Positions 35,201 to 46,600 of a DNA stretch of 64,000 nucleotides are shown one piece after another (the stretch's first letter is position 1; each line of letters starts with the position of its first letter). The DNA lies in NCBI GenBank assembly GCA_949358305.1, contig OX442314.1, forward strand, positions 28,272,001-28,336,000. Reading direction: 5' to 3'. Origin of the DNA: Strigamia acuminata. Its lineage: Eukaryota. Made by a program: the position numbers and the translations under genes. The notes below the pieces were generated by a model. The model did no database searches, was not told where the DNA came from, and saw nothing but the letters and a program-made list of their open reading frames with translations.

Positions 35201-36548
35201 CCTCCTCCTCCATTTCCATTTGATGATAACCTTTAGTTAAATCAATGGATGTAAAGTACTTGGCCTGATTAGTATGGTGAATTAATAGGTCAATACTTGG
35301 CATTTGAATTGCATCAACTTCTGTGATCGCATTCAACCAGCGGTAGTCGATACATAATCGATACTTCCCGCCGGGTTTAGCCACTATGACGGGGTGACTT
35401 ATATAAGGGCCAGTGGCAGGTTCGATCAACCCATCGGCCTCCAACTCCTCGACCAATTCCGTCATAATCGCCTTCTTGGCCGGATTGTACATTCTATATG
35501 GCTGGTGTTTCCAAGTAGCACCAGGTTTAAACTTGATGCTGTGCTTGGCCACCTTCGTACAGCCCAGTTGGTCTCGAAATACGTTTTTTAATTGTACAAG
35601 AACGTTTACGAGTAACTGTTTTTCTTCCGCCGAACTGTTGCAGCCTTCGACGAGTTTTTCTGCCCAGTCCGGTGAAGTGGGAGTTCCTTCACCTTGGAGA
35701 CCCAAAGTCTTAATGCTTGCTAAGCAACAGTTAAGTTCAGTGGTCTCGTACGGGGCTGTCCATCCGGGCATGTCATCACAGGTGAACACTGCTCGTCGGG
35801 GATTAGGGTTTATCCCCGTTCTACGCATAAAATTGTGACCCAAAATCAACCCACATACATTCTTGTGTAGAATTATGAAGGTCATAGGTGTAACTCTCCT
35901 TTTATCGGCCCATTTGACACAAAGACAAACTTGACCGATAGGTCGGTGATCTATTCCGACCGCGCAGACACGCATTCCCCGGGGACATTCTTGTATGAAT
36001 TCCACCGGAATTTCCGTGTTTGAGAGGAGTTGTACTCCAATAAAACATTGGGTGGCTCCAGAGTCCATTAGTGCGTTGTAATCCAAACCTCCAATTTGGA
36101 CATTCATACGCGGATCATCTTTGCCACCATTAATTAATTTGCTATTGCAAAGTTTGCCAAGCAATACTTTTCGTTCTTTCTTGTTCCATTTTTCAAGTTT
36201 AAGAAGTTTTCTTAACTTGAAAACCTTGGGTACAAGCGGTTTCTTGGGTGCATTCCAGCTTCCACTGAAAATACTCAAATTTTCTAGTTGGTCTGTCATG
36301 ACTTTTAAATTTTCATCGACACCGCCACTAGAGCTGCTAGTCTTTCGACAGACAGGTACTGCTTCGTAAGAAATGACCAACGATGGTGGTTTATTCTTCG
36401 AATCATCGACATAAGGTACTGTGAGATGACTAGGCTTATGTCTTAATTTAAATTCATCTTTTCGTAAAAATAAATCATTTGACAATTCCGAGAAAGGAAA
36501 CAACTCTTTAAGCGGGGGTTGGGCAACTTGAACAACCCCCTGAATCAG
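32268..36548 (-). CDS. pol: Gypsy Pol (PR-RT-RNaseH-IN), entered by -1 frameshift from gag
   Basis: ALMDSGA, LPFGL/YLDD, TDAS...ELECLA, HGHPLTGH...CTHC, DLMG...SDNG...E, GPW; domain order PR-RT-RH-IN. Confidence 0.97.
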   Translation of the reverse strand: MIQGVVQVAQPPLKELFPFSELSNDLFLRKDEFKLRHKPSHLTVPYVDDSKNKPPSLVISYEAVPVCRKTSSSSGGVDENLKVMTDQLENLSIFSGSWNAPKKPLVPKVFKLRKLLKLEKWNKKERKVLLGKLCNSKLINGGKDDPRMNVQIGGLDYNALMDSGATQCFIGVQLLSNTEIPVEFIQECPRGMRVCAVGIDHRPIGQVCLCVKWADKRRVTPMTFIILHKNVCGLILGHNFMRRTGINPNPRRAVFTCDDMPGWTAPYETTELNCCLASIKTLGLQGEGTPTSPDWAEKLVEGCNSSAEEKQLLVNVLVQLKNVFRDQLGCTKVAKHSIKFKPGATWKHQPYRMYNPAKKAIMTELVEELEADGLIEPATGPYISHPVIVAKPGGKYRLCIDYRWLNAITEVDAIQMPSIDLLIHHTNQAKYFTSIDLTKGYHQMEMEEEDKSKTAFYTPKGKFQFKRLPFGLCNAPSSFQHLMTTVLGDSLYKHALVYLDDIIIFSDTWENHLLHIKDVLEKLDAANLTINKDKSKFGRTSLRFLGHLISEGSLLPDPDKVSAVRNFPKPTCSKDIQRFVGLANFFRKFIPNIANIARPLTNIMHDQAKFVWDDPQTTAFETIKDILCDKDQALLHMPDMNKPFVILTDASHSGLGAVLCQDVELFCEKKQKLIMVPKAVAYASRVLHGAEVRYSTPELECLAVVWAIERFRPYIEYTTFTLESDAKALSWLMSTPEPSGRFGRWAVKIQCGAFKIIFRRGAMNQVADALSRAPLSALDTPDYDYIEPEEITHFYPTWNGNRCASLQVTETERKHFLTNVGLSLDFFSESYNPVRFHDSGEKGEEEGCTRENCRHIDVHNCNHENVHTALTDILKVVPPTRDEIIEAQLKDPACSKILVYLKGDEKLKNRVTDKHWLNAIRGYTLDEPEENKGVMLIYFAPTDEEELNDSGNGFKAVIPRSLVRRALFACHGHPLTGHAGMSKTLDRAKQMYFWPRMSKDTRNYVRSCTHCQQYKPSQHQKHRASYTPHNMTNPWETVSIDLMGPKPAGRSQLKWILVIIDNCTKWIEVFPLATASSECIVNKMSEVFHRWGYPKKIISDNGKQFVSTIFNDFCRKNHVDIAHISPYHAAANITERANRTLKMMLALYSDIHSHWPKYLNSFAFAMRTAKSEATNCSPMILNTGRIVPLPFDPRITKHAIKFDKENPEAYVYSILDVIRRAHSEMHRKIQSNYEKHDRLHKDKYYICQFAKGDLVWKATHILSNKDKGISAGFAEKRDGPWEITAVLGGGSYTLRKLSDNTKAKAINIQDLMPYIPSYPIEEWTLDQKVGTNESHPTPDWMAGQVINSSELINEPVSMETEDLVEEKEEETSQISSKEDETPQNSSKKRKRFPSPVRQSKRRPKPNTKYVTDFVQLVNCLKQVKLG

Positions 36549-36554
36549 TTTTTT
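36514..36554 (-). promoter_or_regulatory. -1 programmed ribosomal frameshift signal
   Basis: A AAA AAC (36554-36548) directly before the gag TGA, a 7-nt spacer, then stem GGGGGTTG/CAACCCCC. The -1 frame reads LIQGVVQVAQPPLKELFPF into pol. Confidence 0.85.
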
Positions 36555-38593
36555 GTCTCGTCGGGAGTGACTGACTCAGTGGCTGCTGGTAAATGCTTAA
36601 TTAACAGGTCAACCATGTTTTTCTGGAAGTCAGTAAATTTGGAGTCTAAAGTTTCTGACGTAACCCAATTTTGTTTGGGTCGTTTAAACTCGGGGTTGGG
36701 AGCAGAGTGGTTAAATCTTTTATTTGAATTTAACGAGTCTGTTTTCCCTGCTAATTTTTTGGCAAGGGCGGGACATTCTCTTTTAAAATGTCCAGGCTCG
36801 TGACAGAAAAAGCATTTTCCAGTAGTCTTTTCATACTGGGCGGCAAATAATCGCTCCATTGAACCATCGTCAGTTGAGTCGTCATTTTCCGACTCGTCTT
36901 CATTTTCAACTTCATCTTGAGTTTGCGTTAAACGTAGTGAAGTTTTAGATGGAAAAATCTTAGATTTTTCGTGAAGTTTGGGAGTAGGATGATTCTCTCG
37001 ATTATCGTACTCCAATTTTGCTGCAAGTTGAGAACTTTCAAACTTAGAGCGATTTGCTCCTACATATTGTAGAATGTCATCTACTGTAAAGTTACCATAC
37101 ATTCCTTGTGTACATAACGCCGTGAAACTTTCTTGAGTTAAATTGTCGAATAATTGCGCACGTCCAGTTTTATCACCTGGCGGCACTTCACCTTGTTCTT
37201 GCGTATAACGCAGAAGAAAACTATAAAGTGACTCGTCGGCTCGTTGTTTTACATTAAGAAGTCGCCTTTCTCTTGTAAGTGGAACGAGGTCGAAACAATC
37301 GAGAAAAGAGGCTTCGAAAGTTCGCCAACTGTTAAAAGTATGGCGTTGCTTATGGAACCAACGTTGTGCATGGCCTAATAGTCGTCCAGGTACAGCAGTG
37401 TGTACCATGTCGTCTAAAGGGATGCCTTTCCCGAGTGCGACAGCTTTGACGATTTCAAGGAATCGCGCAACCTCTGTCTGTTTCCCGTCAAAAATAGGAA
37501 TCTCGATTCCTTTTCCAAAATTCTGACTGGGATTACTCGGGCTTCGGATTTGACCAACTAAACCCTGAATAATTTGTTTTACATTTTCGTCCGACAAATT
37601 AGAAGCAGAGTTCGAATTGGGTGTAGACCGACTTTCTTGGTCTCTGGGTGGCGGATTTGGCTCTCCTCGAAAATTTTGGCGTCTATCAGGTGGCGGAGGA
37701 GAACGAGAATTATTACGTCGGTGGAAATTATTGTTATAATTTCCCCCTCCACCAGCGTGAGATTCGTCACTACTCGAGTTAGGATCGGAGTCACGAGGAT
37801 CACCAGGAGCTCCGGGAAATCGTTGATTTCTCGGCGGAGCTCGTCCACCTTGAGAGCGGGAATTTCTATAATTCCTAAAATCTCCATCAGATTGGGTGTG
37901 AGATTGAAAATTTTGATAATTTTCATTTCTCCCCCTTGGTTGGACCGACAGATTAGTTCGAGGCTGTGGAACTCTGAAAGAATCATTCAAATTCCCAGTG
38001 GGAGCGGGTAAAATATTATTTACAGCCGTCGCACTTGGTAAATTTCGGGAAATTGGCGCCGAAATATTTCCTTGTCCGGAATTTCCCATTCTTTCGGCCG
38101 AATTCGATCGCCAAGAACTAGTTGGTAACTGAATCGAAGGTTGAACAGATAGTGAAGAATTTAACTGCCCATTGTCGTCACGAGCAACATTCATTCGCCA
38201 TCCAGGCAATTGCTGGTAGCGATATGTGGCCGGCGAACGAGGGCCAGTTCGATCTACAGAAACACTTCGTTCGTTGGTTACAACTACATCGGGAGTAATT
38301 ACACGATTTCTCTCGTGATGATTATTCGCCGTGTATTGTTGAGCTTCACACAAAGAGGAAAACTGCGTCACTTCCAATTGGTAATGGCGACAGTAAACTT
38401 CTAAATCATGTGGGACTGATAGTGGATCCGTTCGAGAACTACCTGGGTTGGAAACGTCTCTAGGAACATTCTCTTCCCCCTGGCTTTCTAGATCAGACTC
38501 CACAATTCCTCTTGGTGTTTCACACATACCACCACGTCGTCGTGCTCCACGATTTCCTCGTGTTCCACGAACTCTTACAGGTCTACGGGCCAT
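36545..38593 (-). CDS. gag: Gypsy Gag with CCHC zinc knuckle
   Basis: First ATG at 38593 (MARRPVR); IPIFDG..., L.G.A..W...W..FE..F capsid-like region, CFFCHEPGHFKREC. Confidence 0.93.
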   Translation of the reverse strand: MARRPVRVRGTRGNRGARRRGGMCETPRGIVESDLESQGEENVPRDVSNPGSSRTDPLSVPHDLEVYCRHYQLEVTQFSSLCEAQQYTANNHHERNRVITPDVVVTNERSVSVDRTGPRSPATYRYQQLPGWRMNVARDDNGQLNSSLSVQPSIQLPTSSWRSNSAERMGNSGQGNISAPISRNLPSATAVNNILPAPTGNLNDSFRVPQPRTNLSVQPRGRNENYQNFQSHTQSDGDFRNYRNSRSQGGRAPPRNQRFPGAPGDPRDSDPNSSSDESHAGGGGNYNNNFHRRNNSRSPPPPDRRQNFRGEPNPPPRDQESRSTPNSNSASNLSDENVKQIIQGLVGQIRSPSNPSQNFGKGIEIPIFDGKQTEVARFLEIVKAVALGKGIPLDDMVHTAVPGRLLGHAQRWFHKQRHTFNSWRTFEASFLDCFDLVPLTRERRLLNVKQRADESLYSFLLRYTQEQGEVPPGDKTGRAQLFDNLTQESFTALCTQGMYGNFTVDDILQYVGANRSKFESSQLAAKLEYDNRENHPTPKLHEKSKIFPSKTSLRLTQTQDEVENEDESENDDSTDDGSMERLFAAQYEKTTGKCFFCHEPGHFKRECPALAKKLAGKTDSLNSNKRFNHSAPNPEFKRPKQNWVTSETLDSKFTDFQKNMVDLLIKHLPAATESVTPDETKN

Positions 38594-39451
38594 AATACTC
38601 AAAGAAATACACGTACAAAAGAAAAAATAAACTTTAACTGAACTAGCGTAAATGTAACACGCTTAATATTAAACTAAGAAATAATTTGAAAAAATACAAC
38701 CTTAGCTGCTGAAACTGAAGTGGCTTCGGAAAAACTGTCCTATTGCGTGGTCAAGAATGGTCCAAACGGGCACTGGTCACAAAGGCACAACTGGATGGTC
38801 GCACTGTCGAAAAGCAAGTGTGGCTGAATATTGGTTGTCAAACTAGCTTCCGGAAAATCTCCTTTGTCAAGACAGTCTGCTGTGATTGGCGATGTTGACA
38901 AATTCCTGATAATTTCTAATCCGAAATTCTCAACAATGTCACATCTGGATGACCTACTCCGAGCTGCATCGTGAGTGGTTCTCTTTGTCACATTCTTTAC
39001 TTTGTTAAAGATTAAAATAATAATCAAAAACATTGAAAACAGAACAATAGAAACTTGGTCAAGTTTTTAACCAGCAAAATAAAATACTTTAACTTTTTAT
39101 TTTTCAGTCAGCAGGATTTCTAGTCAAATTCGTTTTTTGATCAAAATTCAAGGTTTCGAAATTTTCCAGAATATAGCTGAATATTCTGGGAAACTCAATA
39201 AAATCATAATAGATTTTTCGTAAGAGATTCGGAATTATAATGAGTTTTTTTTCAAAATAATCCAAAAATTCGAATTCAGATATTTCCAAAAGATAATGAG
39301 AATTTTTTGAAAACAAATGGATATTTCACAGTAAATTTATAGAGAAAAATCGGAAATTTTCTAATTATAATATCTATATAAAATAATCAAGAAAATTCAT
39401 TTTTTCAATTTACACTTTGATCACAGAGTTCACTTCGATAAAATGCAACCT

Positions 39452-39469
39452 ATCTCGGTGGAACCTCCA
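39452..39469 (-). promoter_or_regulatory. Primer binding site complementary to the tRNA-Gln 3' end
   Basis: TGGAGGTTCCACCGAGAT, 2 nt from the 5' LTR; complements ...ATCTCGGTGGAACCT-CCA, the eukaryotic tRNA-Gln 3' end as recalled. Confidence 0.8.
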
Positions 39470-39471
39470 CG

Positions 39472-41061
39472 TGTGACGATTACCTTCTGGAGATAGCAAT
39501 TGCTAAACTAAAGTGTGAACTATCTGTGTGAAAATGTAAAATATGCAAACCTGATGTTTTCTCAAAACATATAACATTTATTCCGGTTTGAACCTTATAT
39601 AAATACTATGCCTACAAGTGGCTAAAATGACGAGAAGTTAAACTATACAGTTGTTTGGCAAAAGCCCTGAAATAATATCATTTGAAGGCTTCAGTCATGC
39701 AATAAGAATTTGTAACGGTCTTATTGCTGTGACGTAAAAGATGTCATCTATGAATGGCTTTGGCTTCTAAATGGTCCGGGGTTTGGTTCTAAAAGGCGTG
39801 TAAATGGTTAGGCTGGGTGGGTTATATCCGAGAGGTGCGGTTGACTTTTCTGTATCGTCACACACATCGCATCGCAGATAATTGTTGTAATCAATAATTA
39901 CCGCGAGATGTAACAATGTGAGAATAAATATTCATATTAATTCTATAGAATTAATCATGATATTTTAGAGTCACAAACTTAACTAAAACTATGAAAATAA
40001 GTAAAATATATTAAAATAGCGCCGAGCTATTTTTTGCCCCGAGTGCAATCAACATCTAAGTTAGACTTAAATGTTCCGTCAAACCAATAACGAATTGAAT
40101 CGAAATATCTCGCAGGAAAGGTTATCCATCGCCGGGAAATTACTCCACTCGGTCCTGGCTGGCGGGAGAGTAACCGGGAAATTACTCCGCGTCGATTACT
40201 CTGATAATGCGTCTGTGAAATATAAATACTCCACTCTAGATTCTACATTACCAATGCGTCTGTGAATTTTACTCCACTCTAGATTCTGCACTCTACAACG
40301 GAATGTTGGCATGAAGCTGGAGGGAGTGCGTCTGTGGGTTGTACCCCACTCTAGATACTACACTTAAATGTGTCTGTGAATTACTCACTCTAGTTACAAC
40401 ATTTCTACAACGGAATGTTGGCATGAAGAGGCGGGCAGTGTGTCTGTGAGTCTTCTACCCACTCTAGATACTTACACTAAATACAAAGTATTTCTACAAC
40501 GGATTGTCGGAACGCAGAGAAGTATAATATGTGCTCAAGTAATATCAGTATCAAACAAAAACAGAACAAGAGCGAGCTATATCCGTTTTGCAGGGGGATA
40601 TATACTCGGTGAGGAGAATAGCTGTTCAGTGATCCAATGGGATCACTGGGCAGTCAAATCCATCCAATCCTAGGTCATAGGAAGTGGATACTCAGGACAT
40701 AGTCTTCTACTAGGTCCAAAACAGGAACTGGATACGCAGGACACATTTTGGATTAAGTCCCTTTGACTATAATCCAAAAGGAGTCCAACTCACAGTGGGT
40801 GATGGGGGGTGACTTCACCAGGTGTAGAGTTTGCACATAATTCAATAGAATTATGTGACAAATAAATCAACTAGCATTTGAACATCCAAAAGTATTTAAA
40901 AGTGTCTAAAGTTGCAGTGGAATAAAATATAAATAGTAATTTATATTTTATTCACTCAAAAATTGTCGAAATTTGAATTTACCGCTAAAACGCATCAGCG
41001 CCATCTATTGGTGAAGTAATCGTCCTATACTAACAAAGTGCATGACAGTGTAACCGTCACA
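39472..41061 (-). repeat. 5' LTR of the Gypsy element
   Basis: Direct repeat of 27072-28661; adjacent to the PBS. Confidence 0.95.
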
Positions 41062-41921
41062 AACTGCTTGAGATAGCTCCATTCACAATACTCATTACGA
41101 GTTTGCTTGATTTTCTGCGCTGTTCATATTTAAAATTAAAATTATTTTTGAACTTTGAAATTATGTTTATCAAATTTTATGATGTAATTTTACCTGCGGA
41201 ATCGTTTCTGGGTGTTAGTCTTGTATAGTCTTGAATTTTGACCTCTCATTTCTTTGTTTTCAGCCGTGTTTAGAGACCAATCGTTCAAGCTTTCAAACCA
41301 AGGCAACCATTGCTTTTTCGATGACGTCACTTCTGCAAAGAGTTATAATATAAATATTTATTGATTATAAGAATTCCAATGTTTAAGAAAATTAATTAAT
41401 TAATTCTAAATATATTTATGACAATCTTTGCTCTCTACCGTGTATAATTCAAAATTTTATCATTTAACTTGAGAAATAACGAAATATCAGCTCTGTGATT
41501 GGCTGATTTTTTTATTTGACTAACAAGTAAGCGACTGGAACAACCTTCATTTTTAAGGTTTCTGGAAGTGCTGAATTGTAATTTAAATATATTCATAGTG
41601 TTTTAGAAGTGATTATGACCTGAAATCTCTATTTTTTTAATGACTATTCTCGCAGCCGGATTTATAACGGCTGTCTCGATGCTTGCGCGGATACAGCCTA
41701 CTCGTAAATTCGTGTGGTAGCAAGATTGCTAGAGAAGTATCAAATATACTTACACAACTGTATCGTCTATCGCTCCAATTTGGTTCAAAGTTGGCCTGAT
41801 GGTTGAAGTTTTGCTGTGTTCTGTTGTATAGTTTGGTAAGTTCTCTCCAAAGGTGGGAAATTCCCAAGGTTTATACAGTGGGGCCACGTGACTTCTCAGG
41901 GTGCCCACCTGCCCTTCAGGA

Positions 41922-42200
41922 GTTCAATTTTAATTTTATAAAATTTAATTTAACATTCAATTTTAATTTGGTACAATTTAATTTAACATTCAATTTTAAG
42001 ATGATACAATTTAATTTAACATTCAATTTTAAGATGATAAAGTTTAATTTAATATTCAATTTATTAATTTGATAAAATTCAATTTAATATTTAATTTTAA
42101 TTTGATAAAATTTAATTTAATATTTAATTTTAATTTGATAAAATTTAATTTAATATTTAATTTTAATTTGATAAAATTTAATTTAATATTCAATTTTAAT
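41922..42200. repeat. AT-rich 33-bp minisatellite
   Basis: Unit about TTCAATTTTAATTTGATAAAATTTAATTTAATA; translates as repeated IKFNLIFNFNL; paralogous array at 54380-54705. Confidence 0.9.
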
Positions 42201-43017
42201 TCTAGGCTACAATGTTTAAATTTGGTCTCATTATTACATCAATGCAAATTATTGCCTGAGAGTAGTAAAGCTTAAGTAATGTGAGGAATACATAGCACAA
42301 CGCACATGTACAAGTACAATTCTGGTCATAAAAAGGGGGGGAGGAAAGTCAGCAATAATTATATGTTTGCAATTAAAAATATGTATATTTTTAGAGCCTT
42401 TAGGCACTGTATCACTAATATGTAAGAACGCAGCTTAATATCTTATGTGTGGTCGTGAATATGACTCGATCCGGAAATTGAAATTGGAAAAATGTGATTG
42501 CAAATTTCAGTGGTGCTGCTACGTTACAATGGAAAAAAGAATGGCTTTAAGAATTGTAAATGTTCCAAAAATGTATGTGTAAATGTAAGCTTTACAGTTT
42601 TTGTAAAGTTATTGTAAAATTGAATTGAAATTCGAAAATTAACATGGTATTTACAGGCTTTGTATTAATGAAAGAGTAAATAAATTCAATAAGTAGTTTA
42701 TGATTAGCATAAATGTAATGTGACTCTAAAAAAACATTCAGCAAGTCTAAATTGATGAAGGAAACAACGTTTTTGAGTTAATTAACAGAAGAAGTAAAAT
42801 CTATCAAACGATGAAGAAATATACAAGTGAGTAATTATGTGTTTAAGATCATTCAATAAGGAATTACAAAGAGCATTCAAATTGGTTAGGCAAATACCTG
42901 AAGTTTGCTTTAATGAAAAAAGGTAAGTGAAAGGACTGACATAAGCCCCTTGCTTAAAGTTAATCAAAATAAATGGACTACTTGAGTAAAATACGTCGTA
43001 AATTACGTCATGTGCGA

Positions 43018-43479
43018 AATACATGGTCAAGCAGATTTTTCTAAACTAATTTAAACGCACCTACTTAAGTTTTAAATGATTAGACAGGCATTAAAATTCT
43101 AACTATTTCCCTACATTATATTAAAGAGTTAAAACTATTCTAGTTTTTCTAGAGGCAATACAAAGAAGTGTTAAACTGTTGGGGTGCTTGAGGCTTACGG
43201 AGGTGCCAATGTACCTGGCTAAAGTTGGTTAATTGGGGATTAAAATTTGATGACCCGGACTTCCACTCGAAACAATGGACATGGGGGTATGACGACTATT
43301 TCTGGGTATTGAAGGAACCAATCACGTTGCGGAATACATGGTCAAGCAGATTTTTCTAAACTAATTTGAACGCACCTACTTAAGTTTTAAATGATTAGAC
43401 AGGCATTAAAATTCTAACTATTTCTCTAAATATTAAACTATTCTAGTTTTTCTAGAGGCAATACAGAGAAGTGTTAAAC
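43018..43479. repeat. Local direct duplication of about 150 bp in the 3' flank of paralog C
   Basis: aatacatggtcaagcagatttttctaaac...gaagtgttaaac at about 43018-43176 and 43333-43479. Confidence 0.75.
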
Positions 43480-43638
43480 ACCAAAAACAAGGGTGTTGTA
43501 CAATAAAACTGTAGCTATTTTAACGTACAGATTGTTTCAGTCACTGAAACTAGATAAACACTGTGCAAGTTCAGAAATTGATAATTAATTATTGAAAACC
43601 TGCATTTTAGGTAACTTCCGATTTGATGCTCTGAATTA

Positions 43639-46600
43639 TTAGCATCTGGCTTTTTTAACTCGAGAATATGATGAGAGGTGTTCTTTTAGATTTATTCCGA
43701 GTACCATAAACAGATTTACTATCTTTTGCAAGAATTCTGGAATTGCAAGAATTGAAAGGCCGAGCATTAGTGCAAAAGAATTTCCAACATCGCAACACAA
43801 TGCAACTGCAGTGTAGGATAATATTTGTGTTATCTGTTCAATTATGTTATTCAGTGGACTTATAGCAAGAACATTGAGTAGATATGCTTTTGGATGTTGA
43901 AAGTGAATGTAAGTGTCAAATATTTGTTCTTCACAAGGTGGATGACATCCACAGTCTTTTGTTACGTCAACTTTTAAGGAATTCTTCATGAATAGTCGTA
44001 ATGAAGAAATTGCTTCTTCAGCATTTGCACAGGAATTATTTGTTACATTATCCAAAAATGGTAGCCTAAAATAATAAAGACTTATTATAACACGGTGCAG
44101 TAACTCATGGTGTCATCCCCTTCAACTTTCCCCATGGACCTCCTCCGAGTTCTCTTGTACCAACCTAAACAGACTCTTTAGTTAGGTTTGTAAATTTAGA
44201 TTCTAAATTTACAAATGACTAAAAAAAAGGACAATAGAATTTGAGATAGACACACGACAATCTTATTTTGCATTCTGATTGAATGGTGTACACTCCAGGT
44301 CAAATTTTTTTGACCACCTGATATTTTATAGAAGGACCAGTCTGATGGCAAAATTATTTTTGTATTTGAAATCTACATGTAAGATAACCCTAAATTCTAT
44401 AAAAATAGAAATAATAATGAGTCGATATTAACAATGAGAAGAAAATTTTGATTTTTTTCAAATTTTCCAAGTCAAATCTTTTTGACCAATCAAAATTTCT
44501 GCTAAAATTTTGCTCATATTCAAATTATATGTGATGCCTAATTTCCGTATCATCATATTACAGCCATTTTTGCTAGATAAACATGTATTCTATGACTATT
44601 ATCACTAAAGTAAGAGAATTAGTGGCAACTGGCAAAAGTTATCACAAACTCGCACAAGATATGAGTATTCCATACACTACTGTGCGGTACATGTGTTCAA
44701 ACGCATATAACAGACGTAAAAAGAAGTGTGGACCCAAAAAAAAATTGAATTGCCATGATAAACTGAGATTAAAGCGAGAGTTGCGCCAACTGCAGGCTGC
44801 GAAGAAAAGAGTAACCGCACCAAAACTCAAGAAAACATTAGAATTACCAGTCCGTGTGAGAACACTTCATCGGGAACTTAAAGCCCAAGGCTTTTGCTAC
44901 ACTATTGTGCAGAAAAAATTACCTCTAAGTGATAAACATAAACTCAAACGTTTGGAAATCGTTAAGGCCTGGATTCACAGGAATCATCCATGGACCTCAG
45001 CTATCTTTACTGATGAGAAACGCTTCCCATTCGATGGGCCAGACAATTTTGGGTCTTATATAGATGGCAATTCATCAATCCCACTAAGAAAAAAGCGACA
45101 ACAAGGTGGTGGCTCGATAATGGTGTGGGGCATGATGCAGCCAAATGGTATTCTTTATTTGGATCGACTACATGGACGTGTGAATTCACTTCAATACATT
45201 CAACTACTTGCTACATCAGTTCTACCCTTTCTCCTGACTCAATTTGGAAAGGAACTATTTTGGTTTCAGCAGGACAATTGTCCCATTCACACCTCAAAAG
45301 CAACAATGAAATGGTTCGGACAGAAGAAAGTTCCTGTTTTAGAGTGGCCTGCCTGCAGTCCGGATCTGAATCCGATGGAAAATGTGTGGCATTTGCTCAG
45401 CAACATTGTTTACGATGGACAGCAGTTCAATAACACTGATAACTTATGGAATTCTATCCTTGATGCCAGTGAAAAGCTGCAGATTGAGAAAACTGATGTT
45501 CTGCTTAATTTGTACAGCACTTTCCCACACAGACTCACCGAAGTGCTTGTGAACAAAGGCGGTGAGACGAAACACTAGTGTGTATCATCAAAATCAGTTT
45601 GTATGCAACAAGATTGCCATTTTTCTAAGATGGTCAAAAAGATTTGGCTTGGAAAATTTGAAAAAAAATCAAAATTTCCTTCTCATTGTTAATATCGACT
45701 CATTATAATTTCTATTTTTATATTGTTTAGGGTTATTTTACATGTAGATTTCAAATAAAAAATTAATTTTGCCATCAGACTGGTCCTTCTATAAAATATC
45801 AGGTGGTCAAAAAAATTTGACCTGGAGTGTAAGCCAGTGCAGTCCACACTCTCTGAACTCAGGGAAGGAATTTTTATTTTTAACTCTTAGTAGAACTCCT
45901 GGATGCAATTATACAGTATTACAATGTATTTTGAAATGCATTAAGTTTTACAATACACTTGATTGGCAATGCGTTTTCTAATACATTTTTGCATGCTATT
46001 TGTTACAAATAACAATACATTTTTGAAAATGTATTTTTAACTATTCACATTTCAGCTAAGACTAAATTAACGTTATGCCAATTCTGCAATATTCTCGTCT
46101 GGTTTTTTGCATAAAGCTCCACAAGTCCTGGATTTTGAGGGCCCAGCCGGCAACATGCTCAAATTCAATTGTGTGAAAAATTATGACTCACTTGCATCGA
46201 ACAGAATTATAAATATTTTTTTCATAACATTCATCCTGGCATCGTTTGTATTTGTCAGGGTCAAGACAAGGTTGTGCTCGTAAGTTTAATCGAACTGTCT
46301 AAAATAGAGCCAATGTTTCAACAGTTTATACAGTATGTAATAATCTGATTATTACTTTAAGCATTTTAAATGTAATAATGATGAAAGTGTTATCGACAAC
46401 ACTTCTTCTACTTCTGAGAATTGATGGTATTTGAGCATCATTTTGTTGAAAGTATATCTATGAAAAAAAATACGATTTACCGCAATTTCTACATTTATAC
46501 TCATAAGTAAAAATATGAGCAGTTCCTGTGTGCTATTTAAACCCGTGAAACAACCATCCATGTTCATTTACCATAACATGACTTTCCTTAAAACTAACAT

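Larger units (their letters stand above)
27072..41061 (-). mobile_element. Full-length Ty3/Gypsy LTR retrotransposon (13,990 bp) with three ORFs
   Basis: 1590-bp LTRs at 27072-28661 and 39472-41061 (TGTGAC...GTCACA), no differences seen. TSD AACT. PBS 39452-39469, PPT about 28662-28670. Intact gag and pol. Empty site in the paralogous flank at about 53505. Confidence 0.97.

Noticed and set aside
41922..42275. ORFs with IKFNLIFNFNL repeats (also 54299-54796)
   Set aside because: Translations of a stop-free 33-bp AT minisatellite; no evidence of coding function.
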